NCBI RefSeq assembly: GCF_000022265.1
Contig: NC_011979.1
Location: forward strand, 1,020,001-1,052,000
From: Geotalea daltonii FRC-32
Lineage (GTDB): Bacteria > Desulfobacterota > Desulfuromonadia > Geobacterales > Geobacteraceae
Direction: 5' to 3'
Length of the DNA: 32,000 nt
Positions 7,947-15,389 of this stretch are shown here, one piece after another (within the stretch, counting starts at the first letter, position 1; each line of letters begins with the position of its first letter). Both the position numbers and the translations under genes were made by a program. The notes below the pieces were generated by a model. The model was not told the origin of the DNA. It worked only from the letters and a program-made list of their open reading frames with translations, and did not search any database.

Positions 7947-8864
7947 TTACTTTACGCTTGATAGCAGGATGTCACTGAGCTCTGCAAAAAACTCCCCGCG
8001 ATAAGAAGTGCCGGCAGCGTTTAAACGGTGGTCTGCAGCTGGATAGACCCTGAGAGTGAGGTTATTCTTCCCTGCCTCCTTGAACTTCGATTCCAGGAAA
8101 CGTGCAGAATCGACCGGAACACTTTCGTCCTGTTCGCCGATACCCACCAGGATGGGAATGTATAGCTTGAGAAAGTCGGGTAGAGGTTCGATGTCCATGA
8201 CGTCGGACCACCAGCGATAGGGGTTGCCATACCAACTCTTTTCAATGCTGCGTGAATCGGTTGCAATCTTCTTCCAGCCTGACTCCACATCGAACCATAT
8301 GAGGCCTTTTTCCCGGAGGGTGGAGAGTGATTTGCGCATCGAGTAGCCGCCGCTGCCGATAATCGCAAGGTGGGTAACTGCTGGGTTTGACCCGGCTACC
8401 TTGGTTGCGGTCAATGCTCCCTCCGAGACGCCAACTAAGACGATATTTCTTGGGGTGGGCGCAGTGGAGCCGATCTGGGCGACGATGAATTCGGAATAGT
8501 CGGCTGACCATTGTTCTGGATTGTTAGCGAGATGAAATTCCTGGCCGCAGCCGAACAGTCCGGTAGAACGGTCCGGTACAAATCTTTTATTCAGGACGAA
8601 TATACGGGCATTGACTGTGAGACCGCCGACATAGCTGGGCATTACGGCCTTCCAACTGGGGCAGCCTGTCGCTCCGTAAAAGAAGAGTAGGGTATCCACC
8701 TTGGATGCGTCACCGACGGTGAATGTGTAGTAGATGCTCGAACCGCAGTCTTTGTAGTGAAAAGAAAGAGGGGAAGGCGCTTCGCTGCCGTACATGTGGA
8801 CGGAGCGCTGAATCAACGTGCAGCCGGACAATAGGAAAAAAAATAACAGCAAAAGAACGCGCAT
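7947..8864 (-). CDS. Alpha/beta-hydrolase lipoprotein (Ser-Asp-His esterase/peptidase type)
   Basis: Lipobox LLSGC after MRVLLLLFFF. Nucleophile elbow GVSEG (GxSxG), acid region GEQDESVP, His region AADHRL. Separated by 11 nt from the downstream isochorismatase-like gene. Confidence 0.65.
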   Translation of the reverse strand: MRVLLLLFFFLLSGCTLIQRSVHMYGSEAPSPLSFHYKDCGSSIYYTFTVGDASKVDTLLFFYGATGCPSWKAVMPSYVGGLTVNARIFVLNKRFVPDRSTGLFGCGQEFHLANNPEQWSADYSEFIVAQIGSTAPTPRNIVLVGVSEGALTATKVAGSNPAVTHLAIIGSGGYSMRKSLSTLREKGLIWFDVESGWKKIATDSRSIEKSWYGNPYRWWSDVMDIEPLPDFLKLYIPILVGIGEQDESVPVDSARFLESKFKEAGKNNLTLRVYPAADHRLNAAGTSYRGEFFAELSDILLSSVK

Positions 8865-9074
8865 GTGCTAGTCCTGGTTGATTTGTCCAACGGCAGTGGA
8901 GCGCAGTAATGTGGTGAAGCGCCGGGGGCGACGCCGCGCTTCAATAGCCGTATCACAGCCTCACGGCAAAAGGATCAATGCCTGCCAAATTTGCGCGCAC
9001 TATAAACCCGATTTTAGTGGTTGTCAAAGGTGATGACGCCGCTATGAAAGGAGCAGAAAGAATCCTGCCGGAAA

Positions 9075-9102
9075 TTGCATATCTCTTCCCATCGGCTACA
9101 AT
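9075..9102 (+). promoter_or_regulatory. Candidate sigma70 promoter for the thiolase-like operon
   Basis: TTGCAT (9075..9080), 16-nt spacer, TACAAT (9097..9102); about 43 nt upstream of ATG 9145. Confidence 0.35.
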
Positions 9103-9144
9103 GTGATTCACACTTCGCAAAGCCAACGAGGGAAGGAATCGACC

Positions 9145-10809
9145 ATGAAAACAGCTTTTCATCCGCGCAGGGTCTATATTGCGGCGTCATATATGGCGCC
9201 GGTGGGGCGGTACAATGGCAAGGAACGGGAGGCGTGCACCTTTCTGGAACTGGCGGAAAAGGCGGCGGCTGTGTTTGCATCCAGCCCGGTTCGCCCCAGG
9301 GATATTGAGGCTGTTGTCGTGGGGAGCCAGAATCCGGGGGCATTTTCCGGGGTGGACAACACCGCCGCCAAGGTGGCCGGGGTGCTGGGCATTTCCGGCG
9401 CCAAGTCGGTGTTGATCGATACCGCTTCCTCGTCGGGGGCATCTGCCTTTGAAAACGCCTACATGGAGATTGCCTCGGGGCGCTCCGACCATGTCCTGGC
9501 CATGGGCATTCAGAAGATGAGCGACGTCTCCACCCTGGATGCCACCAAGATTGTCGCCGGGGTCATCGACCGGGACGAGGCGGAGTTCGGCCTGTCCATG
9601 CCGGCCTGCGGCGCACTGGTGGCCCGGTCTCTCATGCAGCGCCTGAATCTCTCGGAGGAGGAATGGACTGCCTTTTCGGCCATGCTCACCGAACGGGCCC
9701 ATCGCTTTGCCGCTCGCAATCCCGATGCCCATCTCAATTTCCAGATTCCGGTGGATGAATATTACCGGCAGATTGTCAACGGCAAGAACTACATGTACTG
9801 GTGGCCGTTGCGCTACCACGATTTCTGCCCCATGTCCGACGGGGTGGCGGCGGTCATTCTCACGGCCCGCCCCCAAGAGGTCATGGTGACCGGGGTGGGT
9901 AGCGCCACGGATATTCCAACCATCGCCGACCGTCGCTATTTCCAGTCATTCCCGGCGACGGTGCGGGCGGCGGCCGCTGCCTACGGCATGGCCGGCATCA
10001 AGGATATCACCACCTTCGCCGGCAAGCTGCATGTGAACATGCATGACCCATTCAACGGCTTCGGTCCCATCAATATGGTCGATCTGGGTATTCTTCCCCG
10101 TGCGCGGCTTCTGGACGGTCTTTTCGACGAGAGCCTCACCGGCGAGCGAGGCCGATTCCCCACAAACCTTACCGGCGGCCTCAAGGGGCGCGGCCATCCT
10201 CTGGGGGCCACCGGAATGATCCAGGTGGTGGAAAATCACCGGCTGATTCTGGAGAGGGGCTTCCAGGCAGGCCTTTCCCATTCCATCGGCGGCCCCATCA
10301 ACAACAATGTGGTGATCCTGCTGGAGCGGGTTTCACATTTTCGCCACCGTCCCTGTCAGCCATACAAGCCGTGGGGGTTGCCGTCCCTGGGTACGCTGAA
10401 ACCCAAGCAGGTCACCATAGATGCCCTCCTGTCCGGCACCGAGACGGTCGAAGGTAGCTACGTCACTTCCACCACCCGCTTCGACTACAAAACCAGCCAG
10501 CCGCTCAATACGCTGATGCTGGTGTCATGCCGCATGAACGGTGGCCGCTATACCTTCCTCTTCGGCATCGGCGGCGAGCATTACCAGAGCATCGCCAGCC
10601 TGGTGCCGGGGGACAGGTTGAGCCTGGAGCGCAAAGATGGTCTGATCCTCGTCAACCAGATGCCGGTCAAGCGTTTTTACCAGCGCACCCTGGATGGCCT
10701 GATGGAATTTGCCGAATCGGGATGGAGGATATTCCAGGGAAAGAAGGTGATGCAAGATAGGAAGAAAGCCGAAGGCGAGCCAACCCTTTATTCCGGTGGA
10801 GCAGCATGA
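9145..10809 (+). CDS. Thiolase-fold (SCP2/archaeal-thiolase-like) protein fused to a C-terminal DUF35-like OB-fold domain
   Basis: The track ORF starts at 9103. ATG 9145 (MKTAFHP..) is preceded by GGAAGGA. The thiolase-like core includes ..VLIDTASSSGASAFENAYMEIASGRSDHVLAMGIQKM.., ..CPMSDGVAAVIL.., ..NMHDPFNGFG.., ..TGGLKGRGHPLGATG... About 170 extra C-terminal residues (..VEGSYVTSTTRFDY..LMLVSCRMNGGRYTFLF..LVPGDRLSLE..) have a DUF35 OB-fold-like pattern. Confidence 0.75.
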   Translation: MKTAFHPRRVYIAASYMAPVGRYNGKEREACTFLELAEKAAAVFASSPVRPRDIEAVVVGSQNPGAFSGVDNTAAKVAGVLGISGAKSVLIDTASSSGASAFENAYMEIASGRSDHVLAMGIQKMSDVSTLDATKIVAGVIDRDEAEFGLSMPACGALVARSLMQRLNLSEEEWTAFSAMLTERAHRFAARNPDAHLNFQIPVDEYYRQIVNGKNYMYWWPLRYHDFCPMSDGVAAVILTARPQEVMVTGVGSATDIPTIADRRYFQSFPATVRAAAAAYGMAGIKDITTFAGKLHVNMHDPFNGFGPINMVDLGILPRARLLDGLFDESLTGERGRFPTNLTGGLKGRGHPLGATGMIQVVENHRLILERGFQAGLSHSIGGPINNNVVILLERVSHFRHRPCQPYKPWGLPSLGTLKPKQVTIDALLSGTETVEGSYVTSTTRFDYKTSQPLNTLMLVSCRMNGGRYTFLFGIGGEHYQSIASLVPGDRLSLERKDGLILVNQMPVKRFYQRTLDGLMEFAESGWRIFQGKKVMQDRKKAEGEPTLYSGGAA

Positions 10810-11104
10810 AACCGTCCGCCATGCCATTATCGCCCTCCTGGAGAAAAATGAGCTGACAGCCCGGGAGATTTCCGAGCAGACCGGCATCGGCGAAAAGGAT
10901 GTCTACGACCATCTGGAGCATATACAGCTGCACAGGCAGAATCTGCATCTGGCCGTGACACCTGCTGTCTGCCGCAAGTGCGGATTTGTCTTCAGAAAAA
11001 GAGAGCGCCTGAAGAAGCCGGGGCGTTGCCCGGTCTGTCGCGGAGAATTCATCGACCCACCATCCTTTTTCATCCAGAGTGGCTCTGGTGCCGGTTCCTG
11101 TTAA
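10796..11104 (+). CDS. HTH domain fused to a Zn-ribbon (COG3357-type predicted transcriptional regulator)
   Basis: 102 aa. The N-terminal part (TVRHAIIALLEKNELTAREISEQTGIGEKDVYDHLEHI) looks winged-helix. The C-terminal part has CRKCG..N15..CPVC (four-Cys ribbon). The GTG start overlaps the upstream gene by 14 nt. Confidence 0.7.
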   Translation: MEQHETVRHAIIALLEKNELTAREISEQTGIGEKDVYDHLEHIQLHRQNLHLAVTPAVCRKCGFVFRKRERLKKPGRCPVCRGEFIDPPSFFIQSGSGAGSC

Positions 11105-11109
11105 TCGTG

Positions 11110-11139
11110 TTGACATGCTGCCGCACAACAGTGTATTGA
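11110..11139 (+). promoter_or_regulatory. Candidate sigma70 promoter for the diguanylate cyclase gene
   Basis: TTGACA (11110..11115), 18-nt spacer, TATTGA (11134..11139). Confidence 0.3.
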
Positions 11140-11168
11140 ATCTGTGCATATGTTAATCATGGCAGGAG

Positions 11169-12416
11169 ATGACACTGGTGACGGTTGCCGCACTGAAAAA
11201 GCTTACTATTTTAGCCCCTTCCGTCATTCTTCTTGTCATGGCCTACCTGGCGATTCCCCATATTGCGGCCCTGCCTCCTCCGCAGCATGAGCTTGCCCTG
11301 CTTTCCCCTTATCTGTTCATTGCCACCGGCCTGATACTCAGTTTCGCCTTCAGCAGGGGGCGGGCCTTTTTCGTGCTGCTGCTCCTGGCCGGCTTTTACT
11401 GGTTCTTTCGCACCTATCTCCAGCATGGGCTCTCAGACTTTCTTCCCCGTGTCGTCTTCCAGTTTCTCTGCCTGCTTATTCCTCTCAATATCACCATCTT
11501 CTGCCATGTGAGGGAACGGGGGGTCTTCACCCTTTCGGGAAGGATGCGCTTTGCGTTTCTTGCCATGCAGCTGGCAGCGGTCGCCTGGATCATCAGATAC
11601 CGTGAAGACTACGGCCAGGTGCCGCTATTTTTCTCTCGCCCATTTCTGGACATCCCCTTTATTTCTGACTCCCCGGTTCCACAGGTTGCATGGCTGGTTG
11701 CCATCATCGGCTTTGTCCTGGTCCTGTACCGGGTCGTGATCCACAAATCCCCCATCGACAGCGGTTTGCTTGGCGCACTGGTTGCGGTCTTCATTGCCTT
11801 CAACACTCTGACCGTTGGCGATTTCCCCCTGGTTTTCATTGCCGCTGCAGCGTTTATCCTTGCGGTGAGCGTTCTTCAGGATTCCCACAACATGGCTTTC
11901 CGTGACGATCTTACCGGGCTTCCCTCCCGTCGCGCCCTGAACGAGCAAATGCTGTCCATGGGGCGGCAGTACACGATTGCCATGCTTGATGTGGATCACT
12001 TCAAGATCTTCAATGACACCCATGGCCATGATGTGGGGGATCAGGTGCTGAAGATGGTGGCGAAAAAAATTGGTGCGGTGAAGGGGGGAGGACGGCCTTT
12101 CCGCTATGGTGGCGAAGAATTCACCATTGTCTTTCCCCGCCGGAAAATGGGCGATGCCATCCCTTTTCTCGAAGATGTGCGCAGTGCCATCAGCGCCTAC
12201 GAGCTGTCGATCCGCAGCAAGGACCGCCCCAAGAAGGCAGAGGAAGGAAAAAAGAAACGCAATGCCGGCCATGGCGACAAAACGGTCTCGGTTACCATCA
12301 GCATCGGCGTAGCAGAGAGCAGCGACAGCCTGCGCCTGCCGGACGATGTGATAAAGGCCGCAGACAAAGCCCTCTACCGGGCAAAGAGCAAGGGGCGCAA
12401 CCAGGTGAGCAGGTAA
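11169..12416 (+). CDS. Membrane-anchored diguanylate cyclase (GGDEF domain, GGEEF active site)
   Basis: About 230 aa of N-terminal polytopic membrane domain, then DDLTGLPSRRAL..DVDHFKIFNDTHGHDVGDQVL..RYGGEEFTIVF..SIGVA..ADKALYRAKSKGRN. AGGAG abuts ATG 11169, so in-frame GTG 11178 (9-nt spacing) is an alternative start. Confidence 0.9.
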   Translation: MTLVTVAALKKLTILAPSVILLVMAYLAIPHIAALPPPQHELALLSPYLFIATGLILSFAFSRGRAFFVLLLLAGFYWFFRTYLQHGLSDFLPRVVFQFLCLLIPLNITIFCHVRERGVFTLSGRMRFAFLAMQLAAVAWIIRYREDYGQVPLFFSRPFLDIPFISDSPVPQVAWLVAIIGFVLVLYRVVIHKSPIDSGLLGALVAVFIAFNTLTVGDFPLVFIAAAAFILAVSVLQDSHNMAFRDDLTGLPSRRALNEQMLSMGRQYTIAMLDVDHFKIFNDTHGHDVGDQVLKMVAKKIGAVKGGGRPFRYGGEEFTIVFPRRKMGDAIPFLEDVRSAISAYELSIRSKDRPKKAEEGKKKRNAGHGDKTVSVTISIGVAESSDSLRLPDDVIKAADKALYRAKSKGRNQVSR

Positions 12417-12603
12417 TATTTACCGGCAATATACCCCACGACAAACCCTCCGTGATGACCGTACCGCCGGGCCGACGGCCATATCTTGTTGTCCTCCATT
12501 CTTCCATGACAGAATACCCCACCAGCAGCCATTGCATCCTTAACCGGGAAGGTTAGAATTATCTTGGGACCGGCCAGAACCGACATGACAATCAGGGGGG
12601 GCG

Positions 12604-13773
12604 ATGGGATTCTCGGCAAGGTTAATGATGGTTAGCTTCATGCTTTTCCTGGTGCTTTTCCTGTGGGGAGCACCTGAGGGTGCAGATGCCGCCGGCCCTG
12701 CCCATGCAGCCGCCCCTTTCCCCTCCATCACCCTGAAAAAGTACGCTTCCGGTTTTGACGAGCCCACCGATATCGCCAATGGGGCAGACGGCAGCGGCAG
12801 ACTCTTTATCCTGGAGAAAAGCGGCAGGGTGCGGATCCTCAGGGATGGGAAAATTCTGCCGGCGCCATTTCTGGATATCGAGAAGCTGGTCAAGTCTTCA
12901 GGCTCCGAGCAGGGGCTGCTCGGCATCGCATTCCCCCCCGGTTTCAAGCAAAAGGGTCATTTCTACGTCAACTACACCGATCACAGCGGCATCGGCAATT
13001 CGACTGTGGCACGCTATGGGATAGGCGCCAATGTAGATATTGCCGAACCTGCCACGGCGCAGATCATTCTCCGTGTCACGCAGCCCTTCAGAAACCACAA
13101 CGGCGGTCAGCTCGCCTTCGGCCCCGACGGTTTTCTCTACATCGGCTTCGGCGACGGCGGCAGTGCCGGGGATCCCCGCAACAACGGACAGCGTCTCGAT
13201 ACTTTTCTGGGGAAGATGTTGCGGCTGGATGTGGAGTCGGGGGTGTCGCCCTACCGGATACCCCCCGGCAATCCGTTCAGGAATGAAATCTGGGCATACG
13301 GCCTGCGCAACCCCTGGCGCTTCTCCTTCGACCGCGAGACAAAAGATCTCTACATTGCCGACGTGGGACAGGACCTTTACGAGGAGGTGGACTTCCAGCC
13401 GGCAGCCAGCAAAGGGGGAGAAAATTATGGCTGGAGAATGACGGAAGGCTCCCACTGCTTTAAAAAGAAAGATTGCTCCAAAAAAGGTCTGACCTTGCCG
13501 GTGGCGGAGTATGATCATTCTGAGGGTGACTGCTCTATCACCGGCGGTTTCGTCTACCGTGGCAAAGAATCTCCCTCCCTTGTGGGGATCTACTTCTATG
13601 GCGATTATTGCAGCGGCAGGATCTGGGGGCTGAGACGCACCGGTGGCAAATGGGAGAAAAAGCTGCTCTTAAAGACCTCCCTGAAGATTTCCACCTTCGG
13701 CGAAGATGAAGTGGGCAATGTTTATGTGGCCGATCTGGCAAGCGGAGATATCTACAAGATAACCGGGCGTTGA
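12604..13773 (+). CDS. PQQ-dependent sugar (glucose/sorbosone) dehydrogenase, soluble beta-propeller type, secreted
   Basis: Signal peptide MGFSARLMMVSFMLFLVLFLWGAPEGADA. Contains GLLGIAF, HNGGQLAFGPDGFLYIGFGDGG, YGLRNPWRFSFD and DVGQDLYEEV, characteristic of the GSDH/YliI family. Confidence 0.85.
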   Translation: MGFSARLMMVSFMLFLVLFLWGAPEGADAAGPAHAAAPFPSITLKKYASGFDEPTDIANGADGSGRLFILEKSGRVRILRDGKILPAPFLDIEKLVKSSGSEQGLLGIAFPPGFKQKGHFYVNYTDHSGIGNSTVARYGIGANVDIAEPATAQIILRVTQPFRNHNGGQLAFGPDGFLYIGFGDGGSAGDPRNNGQRLDTFLGKMLRLDVESGVSPYRIPPGNPFRNEIWAYGLRNPWRFSFDRETKDLYIADVGQDLYEEVDFQPAASKGGENYGWRMTEGSHCFKKKDCSKKGLTLPVAEYDHSEGDCSITGGFVYRGKESPSLVGIYFYGDYCSGRIWGLRRTGGKWEKKLLLKTSLKISTFGEDEVGNVYVADLASGDIYKITGR

Positions 13774-13949
13774 AGCCAATATCGGGCCATGCTGCCCGAG
13801 TGGCCTGCACCGCAAATCCATCCCTCTTCCTTATCTTAAATATGTAGACAAGTGTAATATGAATCCTGCGCTAACCGCGCTCCGTCATCCGGTGTCGTTT
13901 CTCCTTCTGCACAGGTCCTTTTCTTTCGATTCCCCCAAACCCACATTTT

Positions 13950-13991
13950 TTGACCCAGGTCATAATCTTCCTTCCATTGATGCCGTATGCT
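13950..13991 (+). promoter_or_regulatory. CRP/FNR-family (Dnr/NnrR/HcpR-like) activator site at class II distance from a -10 element
   Basis: TTGAC-CCAG-GTCAT at 13950..13963 is 9 of 10 matches to TTGAC-N4-GTCAA. TATGCT lies at 13986..13991. If the TSS is about 7 nt after the -10 (near 13998), the site centre is at about -41.5. Confidence 0.45.
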
Positions 13992-14020
13992 GAGAATCAT
14001 CAAAGAGAGGGAGGTGCCAG

Positions 14021-14242
14021 ATGGAATTCAACAACGACCTGGGCAACAAGGCAATTCAGGATGTGATTCAGACGTATCCGGAGATAGGTGAAATTCTGAA
14101 CCGGTTCGAGATCGGCTGTGTCACCTGCAAAGTGGGCATCTGCCTGTTGAAGGACGTGGTTTCCATCCATGGTCTTTCCAGGGAAGACGAAGCGCGCATC
14201 GAAGCAGAGATAAACGGGTATATGGCAAAGAACGCCGCATAA
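14021..14242 (+). CDS. DUF1858-type small redox-disulfide protein (hybrid-cluster-protein-associated / ScdA-N-like domain)
   Basis: 73 aa. IQDVIQTYPEIGEILNRFEIGCVTCKVGIC matches the DUF1858 pattern with a CxxC. Strong SD GAGGGAGGTG upstream of the ATG. Confidence 0.7.
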   Translation: MEFNNDLGNKAIQDVIQTYPEIGEILNRFEIGCVTCKVGICLLKDVVSIHGLSREDEARIEAEINGYMAKNAA

Positions 14243-14274
14243 ATAAATCATCAATCAGAGAAAAGGAGACGAAC

Positions 14275-14730
14275 ATGAGTAATCTGGGATGTGGCTGCCC
14301 CGGCAGCATGGCAAGGGTCATCGAGAGAGAAGAGACAAAGACTGCGGCAACGGAAAAAGCCGTTTCAGAACTGCGGCAGTGGCCGGTGCAGCTGCACCTG
14401 GTGCCTTCCACCGCACCATACTTCAACAACAGCGATATTCTCATATCGGCCGACTGTGTTGCCTTTGCCCTGGGCAGCTTTCACAGCGACCTGCTGAAGG
14501 GGAAGGCATTGGCCATAGCCTGTCCGAAACTGGATGATACGGGTGCTTATGTGGAAAAACTGGCAACGATATTTCGCGCCAATGGGGTGAAAAGCATCAC
14601 TGTGGCCATCATGGAAGTCCCATGCTGCCGCGGGCTCGATGTAATGGTCAAGCAGGCGTTGCAGCAGTCGGGCAAGGATATTCCGCTGGAGACGGTCATC
14701 ATCGGTGTTGACGGCGAGAGGAGAAACTGA
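14275..14730 (+). CDS. Cys-rich FrdX-like redox protein: the WPVQLHLV...CPKLD...MEVPCC domain normally found C-terminal to a 2x[4Fe-4S] ferredoxin module
   Basis: 151 aa. Motifs LRQWPVQLHLVPSTAPYF, ADCVAFALGSFH, GKALAIACPKLDD and ITVAIMEVPCCRGL, recalled from proteins annotated as 4Fe-4S ferredoxin-type. Here only a short GCGCPGS N-terminus precedes the domain. SD AAGGAGA. Confidence 0.55.
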   Translation: MSNLGCGCPGSMARVIEREETKTAATEKAVSELRQWPVQLHLVPSTAPYFNNSDILISADCVAFALGSFHSDLLKGKALAIACPKLDDTGAYVEKLATIFRANGVKSITVAIMEVPCCRGLDVMVKQALQQSGKDIPLETVIIGVDGERRN

Positions 14731-14731
14731 G

Positions 14732-15298
14732 ATGAAAAGGGATATTACGCAGGCCCTGGTTGCTGAGCACAAGCTTATTCTGCGCATGCTGGCGATTTTG
14801 GAAAGGAATGCCCGAGCCACTGCCGCCGGGACTTTTAGAGAGTATCGCTTTTATCTCGATGGGGTGGATTTTATCAGGAACTATGCCGACCGTTACCACC
14901 ATGCCAAAGAGGAGGACGTGCTGTTCGAGTCACTGGTGAAAAACGGCATGCCCAGAGAAAACAGCCCGGTGGCGGCAATGCTCATGGAGCATGACCAGGG
15001 AAGGACGTACGTGAAGGCAATGGAAGAGGCGGCTATGGCGGCCCTGGCTGGGGAAATGGACCGGGACGGAGCAATTGCCGAAAACGCCCTGGCCTATGTG
15101 CAACTCCTGAAGGAGCACATCAGCAAGGAGGACACAGTTCTCTACCCGCTTGCGGAAAGGCTTTTGCCAGAAGCCGCCCGTGATGCCATTGTTGCCGGAT
15201 ATGAGGCTGCCGAAGCGCGAACTACCGGAGACTTTACAACAAGATATGAAATGCTGGTGGCAGCCTGCGAGCAGGAAGCAGTGTCAAAAGCAGCATGA
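14732..15298 (+). CDS. Hemerythrin (HHE cation-binding) domain protein
   Basis: His/Glu ligand motifs EHKLILRML, YADRYHHAKEEDVLF, MLMEHDQGR and LLKEHISKEDTVLYP. ATG 14732 is 1 nt after the upstream TGA and is preceded by GAGAGGAGAAA. The upstream extension in the track ORF (14705) is not needed. Confidence 0.85.
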   Translation: MKRDITQALVAEHKLILRMLAILERNARATAAGTFREYRFYLDGVDFIRNYADRYHHAKEEDVLFESLVKNGMPRENSPVAAMLMEHDQGRTYVKAMEEAAMAALAGEMDRDGAIAENALAYVQLLKEHISKEDTVLYPLAERLLPEAARDAIVAGYEAAEARTTGDFTTRYEMLVAACEQEAVSKAA

Positions 15299-15323
15299 GC
15301 TTACAGCTCCTGGCGGACGCAGT

Positions 15324-15380
15324 GCAAAGGGTGCAGGTTACCCGATGAGATCGTAACAGGCACCCTTTGCTCGTTTTACG
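15324..15380 (+). terminator. Rho-independent terminator of the DUF1858/FrdX-like/hemerythrin operon
   Basis: GCAAAGGGTGC (15324..15334) pairs with GCACCCTTTGC (15360..15370), with an inner GTTAC/GTAAC stem, followed by TCGTTTTACGTT. Confidence 0.65.
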
Positions 15381-15389
15381 TTAAAAGTT

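Noticed and set aside
13977-14003. TTGAT...ATCAA inverted repeat, considered as a second FNR box in the DUF1858 operon promoter.
   Set aside because: The half-sites are 17 nt apart rather than 4, and the element spans the predicted -10/TSS. It is more likely coincidental or a 5'-UTR stem.
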